Below are positions 50,738-61,002 of a stretch of DNA of 64,000 bases, in pieces; positions within the stretch are counted from its first letter, which is position 1, and each line of letters begins with the position of its first letter. Made by a program: the position numbers and the translations under genes. The notes beneath the pieces were generated by a model. It was given only the letters and a program-made list of their open reading frames with translations, ran no database searches and was not told the origin of the DNA. The stretch is from assembly GCA_034530875.2 (NCBI GenBank), contig JAVRCJ020000002.1, forward strand, positions 96,001 through 160,000, given 5' to 3'. This DNA is from Nostoc sp. DedSLP01. Lineage in GTDB: Bacteria > Cyanobacteriota > Cyanobacteriia > Cyanobacteriales > Nostocaceae.

Positions 50738-52216
50738 TTAAGACAAAAACGGACTTAAGTCTAAATGGCTTTCAACTTGAGTGGCTAAAGAATCTAAAAT
50801 TTGCTCTCGCTGTTCTCGGTAGTTAGCAACACCAGTGGGCAAAGATTTTAGACCGCGTTGTTGGCGGAGGCGGTTTAACCAAGCCCGACGCCAAGGGCCG
50901 TTGTCAAAAATTCCGTGGAGGTAAGTACCCCACACTGATTGACAACTATCCACCAACCCTAAGTTAACATCGTCAAATAACGCATGGTAAGATTGGCTAT
51001 CTATTCCTTGTTGTTCAATGCGCGATCGCCCTTGATGAATCTCAAAGCCATTGACTGGCAAGCCCAACTGCGGATAATTCGAGCTAACTTGCCGTTGGCG
51101 GGCAATTTTCTGTCCTGTAATTACAGTTCTGATTGGTAAAAGATTTAATCCCTGATACCTGCCAGCTTGTCCCTCTATTCCTTCTGGGTCGGCTATGATT
51201 TGTCCGAGCATTTGATACCCGCCACAGATACCTAAAACTGTGCCTCCAGAGGCAGCGTAATGTTGGATTGCTTCTGCCATACCGCTTTTTTGCAGCAGTA
51301 GTAGATCGGCAATTGTAGTTTTTGTACCTGGGATAATTACTGCATCCGGATGTCCCAAATCTTGTTTAGGACTAAGGAATTTTATTGAGACAGTACTTTC
51401 TGATTCTAGTGGATCAAAGTCGGTGAAGTTGGCAATTCTTGGTAAGCGGATAACAGCGATGTTGAGGTCGGTTTGGGCTTTGGTTGATTGACGTTCTAGT
51501 AAGTCAAGGGAATCTTCGGCGGGAAATACTTCTTCCAAGTAAGGTATAACGCCAACAACGGGGATACCAGTACGTTCTTCTAACCATTTTATTCCTGGTT
51601 CTAAGAGCGATCGCTGTCCTCGGAACTTGTTAATCACTACGCCTTTAATTAAGGCACGTTCGTCCGGTTCCAATAACTCTAGAGTGCCTACTACATGGGC
51701 AAAAGCACCACCCCGGTCGATATCAACGACTAGTAGAGTTGGCGCATTCAAATATTTTGCTACCCGCATATTCGTTAAGTCGCGGTGCTTGAGGTTAATC
51801 TCCGCGGGACTACCGGCACCTTCACAAACCAGCAAATCGAATTCTGTTCCTAAATGCTGTAGCGATTCTTCAATTGTCCGCCACCCCAATTCAAAATATT
51901 GCTCGTAGTAATCTGCGGCACCCACTTTACCTACAGGTCTACCTTTCATAATTACTTGCGAAGTCATATCGCCTTGGGGTTTGAGTAAAATTGGATTCAT
52001 TTCTACCCAAGGCACGACTCCTGCTGCCCAAGCTTGTACTGCTTGCGCGTAGCCAATTTCTCCACCACTGGCAGTGACATAAGCATTTAAAGCCATATTT
52101 TGACCTTTAAAAGGAGCCACTCGCCAGCCGCGTCGAGACAAAATTCGACAAATAGCTGTACTTAAGAGTGATTTCCCTGCGTGAGATGTCGTCCCCACCA
52201 CCATAATTGATTTCAT
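50738..52216 (-). CDS. cobQ: Cobyric acid synthase
   Basis: GTTSHAGKS, PFKGQNM, EGAGSPAEINL, GICGGYQMLG, GTYLHG. Confidence 0.95.
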   Translation of the reverse strand: MKSIMVVGTTSHAGKSLLSTAICRILSRRGWRVAPFKGQNMALNAYVTASGGEIGYAQAVQAWAAGVVPWVEMNPILLKPQGDMTSQVIMKGRPVGKVGAADYYEQYFELGWRTIEESLQHLGTEFDLLVCEGAGSPAEINLKHRDLTNMRVAKYLNAPTLLVVDIDRGGAFAHVVGTLELLEPDERALIKGVVINKFRGQRSLLEPGIKWLEERTGIPVVGVIPYLEEVFPAEDSLDLLERQSTKAQTDLNIAVIRLPRIANFTDFDPLESESTVSIKFLSPKQDLGHPDAVIIPGTKTTIADLLLLQKSGMAEAIQHYAASGGTVLGICGGYQMLGQIIADPEGIEGQAGRYQGLNLLPIRTVITGQKIARQRQVSSNYPQLGLPVNGFEIHQGRSRIEQQGIDSQSYHALFDDVNLGLVDSCQSVWGTYLHGIFDNGPWRRAWLNRLRQQRGLKSLPTGVANYREQREQILDSLATQVESHLDLSPFLS

Positions 52217-52259
52217 AGTCACTACCAGGTTTTTAATATATATAAGGTCAAATTTTACG

Positions 52260-52390
52260 GGCATTGGGCATTGGGAAAAGGGAAAAGGTAGGATTTACTG
52301 CCATTGCACTTTGCCCTTTGCCCTTTTCCCAAGGCGAAGCCTTTTGGCGTCTTCCCATGCCCAATGCCCAATGCCCAATGCCCAATGCCC
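52260..52390. repeat. STRR arrays (GGGCATT/AATGCCC) forming an inverted-repeat composite
   Basis: gggcattgggcatt ... (cccaatg)n. Confidence 0.8.
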
Positions 52391-52497
52391 CATATCCAAT
52401 ACCCCACCACATTGTAAAGACTTCATGAATGGGTGTCACGTTTCCGTATATTATTGTTCCCTTTGATTCACAAATCCTAACTATTTAGGTTTCTGTT

Positions 52498-52902
52498 CTA
52501 AAAGGGTAAGCGTAACCAACGAATCACAGCATTATATAAGCGATCGCGCCATGAAGGAGTACGCCAATTTTTTCCCTGGTATTGTTCTATCAACTGCCGT
52601 CCTAAGGGAGTGAGGCGAAAACCATCAGTAATTCCCTGGCCATCAACTTCTCGCCGCAATACGCCCACTTGAATCAGCCAACTCAAGGCGTTGTCACATA
52701 CTAATTCTGATAAAGGACGCTGAGTATAACCTTGCTTAAATCCATTTTCCAGGGCGATCGCACTTAATGACACGCTTTGGTGTCGCATGGCTTCAAATAA
52801 AGATGGATTAAAGGGCGAACATATTAGCGATCGCTCGGCTCTTGCGATTGTGCTGGCAGGATATACAAAAGTTTTTGGGTTTTGGGAATCAACAGTAGGC
52901 AT
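52498..52902 (-). CDS. Npun_F0494-like conserved cyanobacterial protein
   Basis: WLIQVGVLRREVDGQGITDGFRLTPLG. Confidence 0.85.
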   Translation of the reverse strand: MPTVDSQNPKTFVYPASTIARAERSLICSPFNPSLFEAMRHQSVSLSAIALENGFKQGYTQRPLSELVCDNALSWLIQVGVLRREVDGQGITDGFRLTPLGRQLIEQYQGKNWRTPSWRDRLYNAVIRWLRLPF

Positions 52903-53099
52903 TGTGCAGGAGTAGATATTTTTCTTTTTTGTTTTAATAAAAATTAATCTATAAATCTATTTTATTTTTCAACTTAGCTAACTAATTTAAACAAAATTGG
53001 TTATTCCAAGATAGCCATGCTGTTTTTTAGCATTTATATCATTGTAAATTATTGTAAAATTTCAAGTGCATCAACAATCTGAAACAGGAAAGCTTAATT

Positions 53100-53537
53100 A
53101 TGCCTCTAGCAGTTGGTACGGATGCACCTGCATTTACCGCCAAAGATACAAACGGCAACACAGTCTCTTTATCTGATTTTGCTGGGAAGACAGTTGTTTT
53201 GTATTTTTACCCCAAAGATGACACTCCAGGCTGCACCAAACAAGCCTGTAGTTTCCGGGACGCCCAATCTAAATATCAAAATAAAGATGTTGTAGTGTTG
53301 GGAGTCAGCGCCGATGATGAAGGCTCTCATCAGGCATTTACTCAAAAATATAATTTGAATTTTCCTCTATTGGCCGACACTGACAAATCCCTCATCAAAG
53401 CATTTGATGTGGATGGCGGCGGTTATGCCAAGCGCGTCACCTACGTAATTGGCCCTGACGGCAAAATTACCCATGTTGACGCTAGTGTAAATACCAGCAC
53501 TCATGCTGAGGATGTGTTAGCTGCACTTGGGCTGTAG
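53100..53537 (+). CDS. bcp: Peroxiredoxin, BCP/PrxQ family
   Basis: YFYPKDDTPGCTKQAC. Confidence 0.93.
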   Translation: MPLAVGTDAPAFTAKDTNGNTVSLSDFAGKTVVLYFYPKDDTPGCTKQACSFRDAQSKYQNKDVVVLGVSADDEGSHQAFTQKYNLNFPLLADTDKSLIKAFDVDGGGYAKRVTYVIGPDGKITHVDASVNTSTHAEDVLAALGL

Positions 53538-53572
53538 TTTTTTGCCTAATAACTAACCATTTTTAAAAAATT

Positions 53573-53605
53573 TAACCCCAATTCCAAACTTTGGGATTGG
53601 GGTTA
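53573..53605. terminator. Hairpin between convergent genes
   Basis: TAACCCCAATTCCAAA / TTTGGGATTGGGGTTA. Confidence 0.6.
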
Positions 53606-53617
53606 TTGTTTTGAATT

Positions 53618-54106
53618 TCAGTTACCCGATGGTAATTTAACCGATGGTAACTGTGGGGTTGTTTGCTGTGCTTGTTGGCATTGCAATGGTTGTTGATTTG
53701 GTTTCAAAGCATTTGCTGTTGCTGGTTGAGTTGATGATGTCGCCGACGCCGATGCAACTGATGGCTGGGGAGTTGTTTGTTGCGCTTGTTGCTGACATTG
53801 GAGTAATTGTTGTTGTCTGGCTCTAAACGCTGCTGCGCTTGAATCTAGTTGTTCGTTCTGTTGTTGAGAATTCCAGTTGAGAGTTCCGAAGTTTGCTCGA
53901 TGAATCAGATCGAACATGTTGAAATTATCTGAGTTCGAGCGAGAGAACGGATCGGTATTTTGGTCTGTTGTACTAGTACTGGGAAAAGCATCTGCTGGGC
54001 TGCTAATCTGAGCCGAACTGGGTTGAGCCATCAGTAAGGGCGCAAAGCTAATTCCTGCAACTGTAGCCAACAAGAGTCTAGTAATTTGTAAAAATGGTTT
54101 TTTCAT
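53618..54106 (-). CDS. Secreted Gln-rich hypothetical protein
   Basis: Signal peptide, MFDLIHRANFG core, duplicated QCQQ.AQQTTPQ. Confidence 0.75.
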   Translation of the reverse strand: MKKPFLQITRLLLATVAGISFAPLLMAQPSSAQISSPADAFPSTSTTDQNTDPFSRSNSDNFNMFDLIHRANFGTLNWNSQQQNEQLDSSAAAFRARQQQLLQCQQQAQQTTPQPSVASASATSSTQPATANALKPNQQPLQCQQAQQTTPQLPSVKLPSGN

Positions 54107-54138
54107 GGGTTTTGACTCGGAAATTGCTTTCTTTTATC

Positions 54139-55026
54139 TTAAGCAAGAGTCCGTCGTAGTTGGGGCTGAATGCTAACTAAAGCAACAAGAGCAAATCCAA
54201 ACAACACCAATAACGCCCCACCAAAGGTAACATCACCCCAAGGAGCCTGCATAACTACACTATCTAATGCCCAACTACTGTGGAGATAGAGATAGCGAAT
54301 GGGTTCGATCGCATAACTGAGAGGATTTAAGGTAGCTACAACCTGCAACCACTTAGGCATAAACGATAGAGGAGCCAAAGCGGTACTAGCAAACAATAAT
54401 GGTAGGTTAGTGACGAAAATTACCGCAATCAATTCAATGTGACCGGGTAGGGCAAAAGCCAAGCCTAGAGAAATGGCTGTCACACCCAAAGCTAGGAGGA
54501 AAACAATTAAAGCGATCGCACCCAAACCAGTTGCATCAGGTATTCCCGCACCTAAAAACGCTGCTGCTCCTACAATGACTGCTGCTTGCAGTAAACTTTG
54601 GCTGATAATAAAGATTGCCGAAGCAAAGACAATGGAAAACCGCGATGCTAAAGGTGCTACCAGTAAACGATTCAAAAAGCCGAACTCGCGGTCAAACATC
54701 ACAGGCAAGCCAGCATTCAACGCTCCTGCAAAGGCTGTAAATACAATTACTCCAGCAGCCAAAAATTGTCCGTAATTTGTCGTACTGCCAAACAAGCCTT
54801 TGGGTGCATTTTGGAATAAAGCACCAAACAGCACCAACCACATCACTGGCTGAATAATTCCAGCAACTAATGTCGAAGGACGGCGTTGCAATTGAATAAA
54901 CAAGCGACGAGTTAAAGCCAGGGTCTCTTGTACCAATTCACCGAAAAAATTAGAAGGAGGATTAGCATCGACTTGGGGTGATGCTAATGTCTGCCAATCG
55001 ATCTCAGATTTAGGGGTAACACTCAT
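54139..55026 (-). CDS. ABC-2 type permease (Ycf38-like)
   Basis: IIQPVMWL, FDREFGFLNRLLVAP, NPLSYA; six TM segments. Confidence 0.92.
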   Translation of the reverse strand: MSVTPKSEIDWQTLASPQVDANPPSNFFGELVQETLALTRRLFIQLQRRPSTLVAGIIQPVMWLVLFGALFQNAPKGLFGSTTNYGQFLAAGVIVFTAFAGALNAGLPVMFDREFGFLNRLLVAPLASRFSIVFASAIFIISQSLLQAAVIVGAAAFLGAGIPDATGLGAIALIVFLLALGVTAISLGLAFALPGHIELIAVIFVTNLPLLFASTALAPLSFMPKWLQVVATLNPLSYAIEPIRYLYLHSSWALDSVVMQAPWGDVTFGGALLVLFGFALVALVSIQPQLRRTLA

Positions 55027-55032
55027 AATAAT

Positions 55033-55092
55033 TAGGGATTGGGGATTAGGGATTGGGGATTAGGTATTGGGGATTAGGGATTGGGGATTAGG
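55033..55092. repeat. STRR array (TAGGGATTGGGGAT)n
   Basis: About 4 tandem 14-mers between the ABC genes. Confidence 0.85.
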
Positions 55093-55131
55093 TAAACTCT
55101 TTCCCAGTCCTCAGTCACCAGTCCCCAGGTC

Positions 55132-56151
55132 CTATCTCATATTCTGCTTTTTCTCAGCTTTAGGATCGCGAGTGGCGATGGCTGCTAGTTCTGCATCCAT
55201 GAGGGTGCGTCCTGTGGCGGCGAGGTAAACATCATCAAGACTGGGGCGAGATTGGGCGATGCCAAATATGGGCAAGCCTGCTGTATTTAGGGTTTGCTGG
55301 ATGTTGATGAGAACATCGTTTTGGGGTGTCACCACTAAGTTGAGAGAATTACCTTGAGCGTTGTTAATGATGACTTCTTGGACGAAGGGCAAAGATTGGA
55401 GGAGGTTTTTAGCAATTTCTGCTTCTTCAATGGGGGAAAACTCCTGAATTCGCAAAGTGATGCGATCGCCCCCTACTCTGTCTTTCAATTGGGAAGGTGT
55501 CCCAGCAGCGATGACAACACCGCGATCGATTATTGCCACGCGATCGGCTAGGGCGTCAATCTCTTCTAAATAATGGCTGGTAATTAATACCGTCGTCCCA
55601 GAGGCACGTAATTTTCTCAAAAAATCCCACACCACAAAACGGCTTTCTATGTCAAGCCCTACAGTCGGCTCGTCCAAGACTAAAACATCCGGTGCGTGGA
55701 GTAACCCAGCAGCTAAGTCAAGGCGCTTGCGTAAACCGCCAGAGTAGGTTCCGGTTTTTTTATTGGCGTATTCTTGTAAACCGAGTAAATCTAATACTGT
55801 TTCAATACGCTGTTTGGCTATTGCACCTGGCAGGTGATAAAGTGCTGCTTGCAATTGCAGCAGTTCTCGTCCAGTTAACACCTTATCTATAGCGACTTCC
55901 TGAGCTACATAGCCTAGTCGTTGCCTTGCCACTCTCGGATTATCTAATACAGAGATGCCGGATACTTCGATTTTGCCAGCATCGGGTGTGGTGAGGGTAC
56001 ACAAGGCGCGCAAGGTGGTAGTTTTTCCCGCACCGTTGGGGCCCAGCAAACCAAAGATTTCTCCTGATTCTACCTGAAAGGAAACATCCTTAACAGCAAC
56101 TACCGTGCCGTAGGATTTTTGCAGATTTTGAATTAAAACGGCGGGAGCCAT
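55132..56151 (-). CDS. ABC-2 exporter ATP-binding protein (DrrA-like)
   Basis: GPNGAGKTT, YSGG, LDEPT, TSHYLEE. Confidence 0.93.
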   Translation of the reverse strand: MAPAVLIQNLQKSYGTVVAVKDVSFQVESGEIFGLLGPNGAGKTTTLRALCTLTTPDAGKIEVSGISVLDNPRVARQRLGYVAQEVAIDKVLTGRELLQLQAALYHLPGAIAKQRIETVLDLLGLQEYANKKTGTYSGGLRKRLDLAAGLLHAPDVLVLDEPTVGLDIESRFVVWDFLRKLRASGTTVLITSHYLEEIDALADRVAIIDRGVVIAAGTPSQLKDRVGGDRITLRIQEFSPIEEAEIAKNLLQSLPFVQEVIINNAQGNSLNLVVTPQNDVLINIQQTLNTAGLPIFGIAQSRPSLDDVYLAATGRTLMDAELAAIATRDPKAEKKQNMR

Positions 56152-56284
56152 GACAGCTTTTCCCCAACTATACAAATCTCAATAAATCTATCTTTATTGT
56201 AGAAGGTGGGGAGAAGGAAATAGCGCACGAGCGAAAATCTGTAAATCAGTTCGCTTCATGCGCCATGCTGCCAAAAATTTCTGA

Positions 56285-56494
56285 TTATTTTACGCAAGTT
56301 GTTCGATCGCGTTTGTGGCGAAATACACCAAATGCGATCGCAACTAATCCTAAACCTGGTAGATTGGCAGGTTCGGGAATCGAAGCAGGATTAGGAGGGT
56401 TATTGTTATTTGTAGTATTAGGGGGAGTGTAATAATTCTCAGTTTTTGGTTTAGGAAGCTGCTTGATTTGATTAAGATTATCAAGTTGCAGCTT
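56285..56494 (-). pseudogene. Start-less 3' remnant of a PEP-CTERM protein gene
   Basis: Open frame KLQLDNLNQIKQLPKPKTENYYTPPNTTNNNNPPNPASIPEPANLPGLGLVAIAFGVFRHKRDRTTCVK*, preceded by an in-frame TAG. Confidence 0.7.
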
Positions 56495-56501
56495 CTAAAT
56501 T

Positions 56502-58028
56502 TTATACTTTTACGGATTCTGCACTTGAAAGAATTACAGAATTAGTAAGTGATTTCACTACTTTTAAAGTTTTTAGCGTAGTGTCATGGCAACCACCAAT
56601 CGATCCTCCCATTGCTTTAATTTTTTGCAAGTAGTCGAGAACAGGTTTGGTAATAATTTCTCCCGGCATTAATACAGGAATTCCCGGTGGATAGGGACAG
56701 ACGATTTCAGCACAAATACAATCGCAAGTCTGTGCTAAAGGTAATGTTTCACTAGCAGCAAAAAAAGCTTCACGGGGAGATAAACACACATTACTACTAA
56801 CTGTTCTGGCAAAATTCTGAAAAATATCGTTTTTAACAGTCACATTGGGTTGCCTATATTCTTTGGCAAGCATGGTAAAACCTTTTACTAATTGCTCGAT
56901 ATCTGAAGGGGTGTTGCCTAAACTAATGATAAAAGTCAGGTGTTGCTGAGAGGGAAATTCAGGAGTAACGCCAAATTTTTCATCTAAAATTTCATCTGCT
57001 GCAAATCCAGTTAAACCTAGATTAGAAACAGTTACAGTTAGTCTTGTTTTATCTAAAGCTACAAAGCCGGGAGATCCCTCAAAACCCCCTTGGTTAAGAA
57101 GTTCTAACACAGATAATCCAGGAATCTCCCTGATTCTGGTTCTGGCTTCTTCAGCAAGTTGCAAAGTCTGAGACATCAGCATTTTGCCGTCAAGTGCCAT
57201 TTGCTGACGCGCTGCATCTAGAGAAGCTAAAAGTATATAGCTAGGACTGGTAGACTGTACAAGTCGTAAAGCTTTACTAATGCGATCGCTATCTATCCTA
57301 TTACCTTGAATGTGCAACATTGATGTTTGGGTCATCGCACCGAGTACTTTATGGACGGACTGTACAGTTAAATCCGCACCTGCGGCTAAAGCTGAAATGG
57401 GTAATTTGGGATGAAAGCTAAAGTGTGCGCCGTGTGCCTCATCTACAAGTAGAGGAATATTGTATTTATGGGCAATGTTAGCGATCGCCTTTAAATCTCC
57501 ACAAACACCGTAATATGTTGGGTAGACTGCAAACACTGCTTTAGCGTCGGGATGTTCTCGGAGTGCAGATTCTACAGCAGCAGGCGTGATACTGTGGGCA
57601 ATATCTAAAATTGGGTCATATTCAGGATTAAGAAAAATTGGAATAGCACCAGAAAGAATTAAGCCACCTATGACCGAAGAATGGACATTTCGAGGCAAAA
57701 TGATTTTATCGCCAGTGCCACAGGTAGCGAGAATTGCCGCCTCAATTCCACAGGTAGAACCATTAACAAGAAACCATGTTTGTGAAGCGCCAAATGCTTC
57801 AGCCGCCAATATTTGTGCTTTTTGAATTACCCCTTGGGGTGAAAAAAGATTATCTAAATCAGTTAATTCTGTTAAGTCAGCACGAAATACACTTTTGCCA
57901 ACTAAATCGGCTAAAGGCTGAGAAATGCCCTTGCCTTGTTTGTGTCCTGGCATATAAAAAGGAGCATGGGGACGTGTTGCATTGACTTTTAAAGCATCTA
58001 ACAGGGGTGTTTGATTTTGATTGAGCAT
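56502..58028 (-). CDS. Orn/Lys/Arg decarboxylase (PLP, fold I)
   Basis: PGHKQG, LVNGST, PRNVHSS, VDEAHGAH, QSVHK, PYPPGIP. Confidence 0.92.
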   Translation of the reverse strand: MLNQNQTPLLDALKVNATRPHAPFYMPGHKQGKGISQPLADLVGKSVFRADLTELTDLDNLFSPQGVIQKAQILAAEAFGASQTWFLVNGSTCGIEAAILATCGTGDKIILPRNVHSSVIGGLILSGAIPIFLNPEYDPILDIAHSITPAAVESALREHPDAKAVFAVYPTYYGVCGDLKAIANIAHKYNIPLLVDEAHGAHFSFHPKLPISALAAGADLTVQSVHKVLGAMTQTSMLHIQGNRIDSDRISKALRLVQSTSPSYILLASLDAARQQMALDGKMLMSQTLQLAEEARTRIREIPGLSVLELLNQGGFEGSPGFVALDKTRLTVTVSNLGLTGFAADEILDEKFGVTPEFPSQQHLTFIISLGNTPSDIEQLVKGFTMLAKEYRQPNVTVKNDIFQNFARTVSSNVCLSPREAFFAASETLPLAQTCDCICAEIVCPYPPGIPVLMPGEIITKPVLDYLQKIKAMGGSIGGCHDTTLKTLKVVKSLTNSVILSSAESVKV

Positions 58029-58209
58029 TTTCTAGACAAAGAATATAAGATGAGGTTCGCACAAAGACAAGGCAGCACATTCAGCGGCTTTGTCAACTTT
58101 TACTCCTTTCCTACAGGATGTTTGCAACACGTTCTGCGAACGCCTAGCTTACATCTCCGTAGGAATGCGGAGAACTTCAAGTCTAACAAGTGCTGCGAGA
58201 ATATAGAAA

Positions 58210-58920
58210 ATGAACAAACCTTATCATCAAATTCCGATTTGGGAGTGTGGGGAAAGACTCCTCAGGATTCCTTTAGAATTGTTTGCGGTAGAATCTCCCC
58301 ATCCTTATGAAAAGTTAGGCGCACCTTATGGCGATCGCTCTCCCTATTATCTCCGTGAAAGTGCCATTGAAAATTTGATTGCAGCGCAAAATTACTTAGA
58401 ATTGTCGCATCCCAACTGGCGGATTCAAATTTTTGATGCCTATCGGCCGATCGCAGTCCAGCAGTTTATGGTAGATTACAGCTTCGCCCAAGCAGTACGA
58501 GAAAGGGGACTTACTGAAGCCGATTTATCGCCAAACCAACGTCAAGAAATTTGGCAAGCGGTTTATGAAATTTGGGCTATGCCGAGTTTCGATGAAAAAA
58601 CTCCCCCTCCGCATAGTACTGGTGCTGCGGTGGATATAACGCTGGTAGATGATACTGGGGAAATAGTCGATATGGGTTCGCCCATTGATGAGATGTCAAA
58701 GCGATCGCTTCCCGATTATTATGCCAATAGCGCCCATCCAAAAGCAGAGAAATATCACGCTAACCGTCAGCTATTGCGAGATGTAATGTTAAAAGCTGGC
58801 TTTCAACGCAATCCTAAAGAGTGGTGGCATTTTTCTTTTGGCGATCAAATGTGGGCTTGGCTGAATAATCTATCCAATCCAACCAATCCTGTTAGCGCGC
58901 GTTATGGGCGTCTTGTATAG
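58210..58920 (+). CDS. D-Ala-D-Ala dipeptidase (M15/VanX family)
   Basis: FDAYRP, HSTGAAVD, EWWHF. Confidence 0.92.
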   Translation: MNKPYHQIPIWECGERLLRIPLELFAVESPHPYEKLGAPYGDRSPYYLRESAIENLIAAQNYLELSHPNWRIQIFDAYRPIAVQQFMVDYSFAQAVRERGLTEADLSPNQRQEIWQAVYEIWAMPSFDEKTPPPHSTGAAVDITLVDDTGEIVDMGSPIDEMSKRSLPDYYANSAHPKAEKYHANRQLLRDVMLKAGFQRNPKEWWHFSFGDQMWAWLNNLSNPTNPVSARYGRLV

Positions 58921-59070
58921 AAAGAATTCAGGAGTCAGAATTCAGAATTCAGAATTAAATTAAAGTCCAACTGGCGGAAGAATAAATGGTGAAATCATCA
59001 TACTAAATCTTTCCTGCCGAAGACTGCGCTAACGATAAGCACTCATCCTTCAATTCTTATTCTGGCTCCT

Positions 59071-59096
59071 GTTAGCGTAGCGGGGCGTAGCCCATT
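59071..59096 (-). repeat. 26-bp small dispersed repeat inserted in an (ATTCTGA)n STRR
   Basis: Identical to 36370-36395 on the opposite strand. Confidence 0.8.
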
Positions 59097-59115
59097 CTGA
59101 ATTCTGAATTCTTCT

Positions 59116-59589
59116 TCAAGCATCTTGGGGATTTAATTCCCTTAACTCTTCAGTGGTGTAAGTACCAATGGGAGTCCAAATTAGATAAGGAAGAAGTAAC
59201 AGCGCTGCTAATGGAGAAATCGGCAAAACGCAAATTACTAGGAGAACGGCACAAATCAAACCGGATACTCCGAGAATTTCTCCAACTTTGAGACTACGAA
59301 ACCTCAGCATTAAAGGTATGTAAGCGACGGTGATAATTTCCACCAACAGGTACAAAACCATTAACAGCCAAGTAATTATGCTTCCTGAGTTTTTTTGCCA
59401 AACAAAATTAGCTGAAGCTGCACCACAAATAAATATTACAGTCCAGATGAATGGAATCAGCGGCTCAAAAACTAGCCATTGAGGGCGACTTAACTTGGCA
59501 AACCATTTAACATCGCGGGGGGTGATGAAGAAACTACCAAGGGCGACTAAGAAAGTTACAGCCCCAATTATTATCCAAGATGGAATCAT
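59116..59589 (-). CDS. TspO/MBR family protein (paralog 2)
   Basis: WFAKLSRPQW, IWTVIF, LLLPYLIW. Confidence 0.88.
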   Translation of the reverse strand: MIPSWIIIGAVTFLVALGSFFITPRDVKWFAKLSRPQWLVFEPLIPFIWTVIFICGAASANFVWQKNSGSIITWLLMVLYLLVEIITVAYIPLMLRFRSLKVGEILGVSGLICAVLLVICVLPISPLAALLLLPYLIWTPIGTYTTEELRELNPQDA

Positions 59590-59679
59590 ACTGCACTCTT
59601 GCTTTGTGTATTTTGTCAATTAGTACACTGCAAGTTTGACAATTTAGAAGATAAGTTTAATCATTCGTTAGTGCTAATC

Positions 59680-60153
59680 TTAGGCATCTTGAGGATTGAG
59701 ATTAATCATCCGCCAAGTGGTATAAGTTCCGATGGGACTCCAAAGTAAATAAGGAACTAGTAACAGCGCCGCCCAACCAGAAATACTTAAAACTGCAAGT
59801 GTCAATAAAGCACCAATAATAAAACCTGTACCGCCTAGAACTGTACCTATTTTTAGGCTTCGCAGCCTAAACATTACAGGGGTATAAGCAATAGTGACAA
59901 TTTCTAATAGTAAATATAAACCCATAATTAACCACGTTGAAGTGCTTCCTGGGTCTTTTTCCCAAACAATATAAGCCGACCAACCACCGCAAATAAATAT
60001 TACAGTCCAAATAAGTGGAATTGCTCCTTCAAAAGTTAGCCATCTTGGTCGCTGTAAGCGCTTGAACCACTGGCGATCGCCTGGTGTAATTGCATTGGCT
60101 GCTAGAGCAACTAAAAAACCCACACCTGCAATGACCATCCAAGATTTAATCAT
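59680..60153 (-). CDS. TspO/MBR family protein (paralog 1)
   Basis: WFKRLQRPRW, IWTVIF, LLVPYLLW. Confidence 0.88.
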   Translation of the reverse strand: MIKSWMVIAGVGFLVALAANAITPGDRQWFKRLQRPRWLTFEGAIPLIWTVIFICGGWSAYIVWEKDPGSTSTWLIMGLYLLLEIVTIAYTPVMFRLRSLKIGTVLGGTGFIIGALLTLAVLSISGWAALLLVPYLLWSPIGTYTTWRMINLNPQDA

Positions 60154-60432
60154 GCCCTTTATCCTTTACAAGTGCTATCTATCGCTTAAATATCACTATT
60201 TATAGTGTAATTTTGTCAATTTAGTCGCTAATTATTCATCATCCTTGAGTTTGATAACTTTTCATCGTTTGGCAGGATTTTATTTAGTTATTGGTTATTG
60301 GTTATTTTTCTGTGGCTTTGCGTTCTTATTGGCGATTTATTCCCTACGATTGCAAGGCGATTCTGTCTCAAGGTGGGCGTATGGGGTAAAGCGGCGAAAT
60401 ATTGTGAGCAGTAGGAGTATAAGGTATTTAAT

Positions 60433-61002
60433 ATGCAAACTGAATCAGAAATACGTTCGCCAGCGCCAGAAACTAAAGGAATTGGTAATACTATTCGCAT
60501 TACAGGCTGGATTAGTTTTTGGTTACAATTGGGGCTTGCAGTGGTTTCTGCGTTAGCTTTATTTTTTGCCGTGACTGCTCGTGGCTTGGCACAGCAACCA
60601 AACACTGGCCTTGGAGTTGGCGTATTTTGGGCTATATGTGGAATTGTAGTACTGTTAATCGCTGTCTATTGGGATTTTCGTAATGTTCGTATCGGCAAAA
60701 GTTTACAAAATCCTAATCCAGCCCTACATATAAGTAAAGCAGATACAATTAACATCCTCCGACTTGGGGTAATTATAGGTTTGGTGGGAATGCTTTTAAG
60801 CCTTTTAGGTGCTGGAGCAACAATTTTAGTATTAATTGCAAAATCTATATCCCAACCACCAGGAGTCGCAATCACTGACCCCTACAGAGTTATTCGAGCG
60901 CTGGATGTTTTTGTAGCTGTGGCAAACATCGCTGGAATTGCTGCTCATTATGTCGGTACTGTCGGATCTTTATGGTTGCTGGAGCGAGTGCATCAACACT
61001 AG
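60433..61002 (+). CDS. DUF3611 family membrane protein
   Basis: GWISFWLQLGLAVVS, LDVFVAVAN...AHYVG. Confidence 0.85.
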   Translation: MQTESEIRSPAPETKGIGNTIRITGWISFWLQLGLAVVSALALFFAVTARGLAQQPNTGLGVGVFWAICGIVVLLIAVYWDFRNVRIGKSLQNPNPALHISKADTINILRLGVIIGLVGMLLSLLGAGATILVLIAKSISQPPGVAITDPYRVIRALDVFVAVANIAGIAAHYVGTVGSLWLLERVHQH

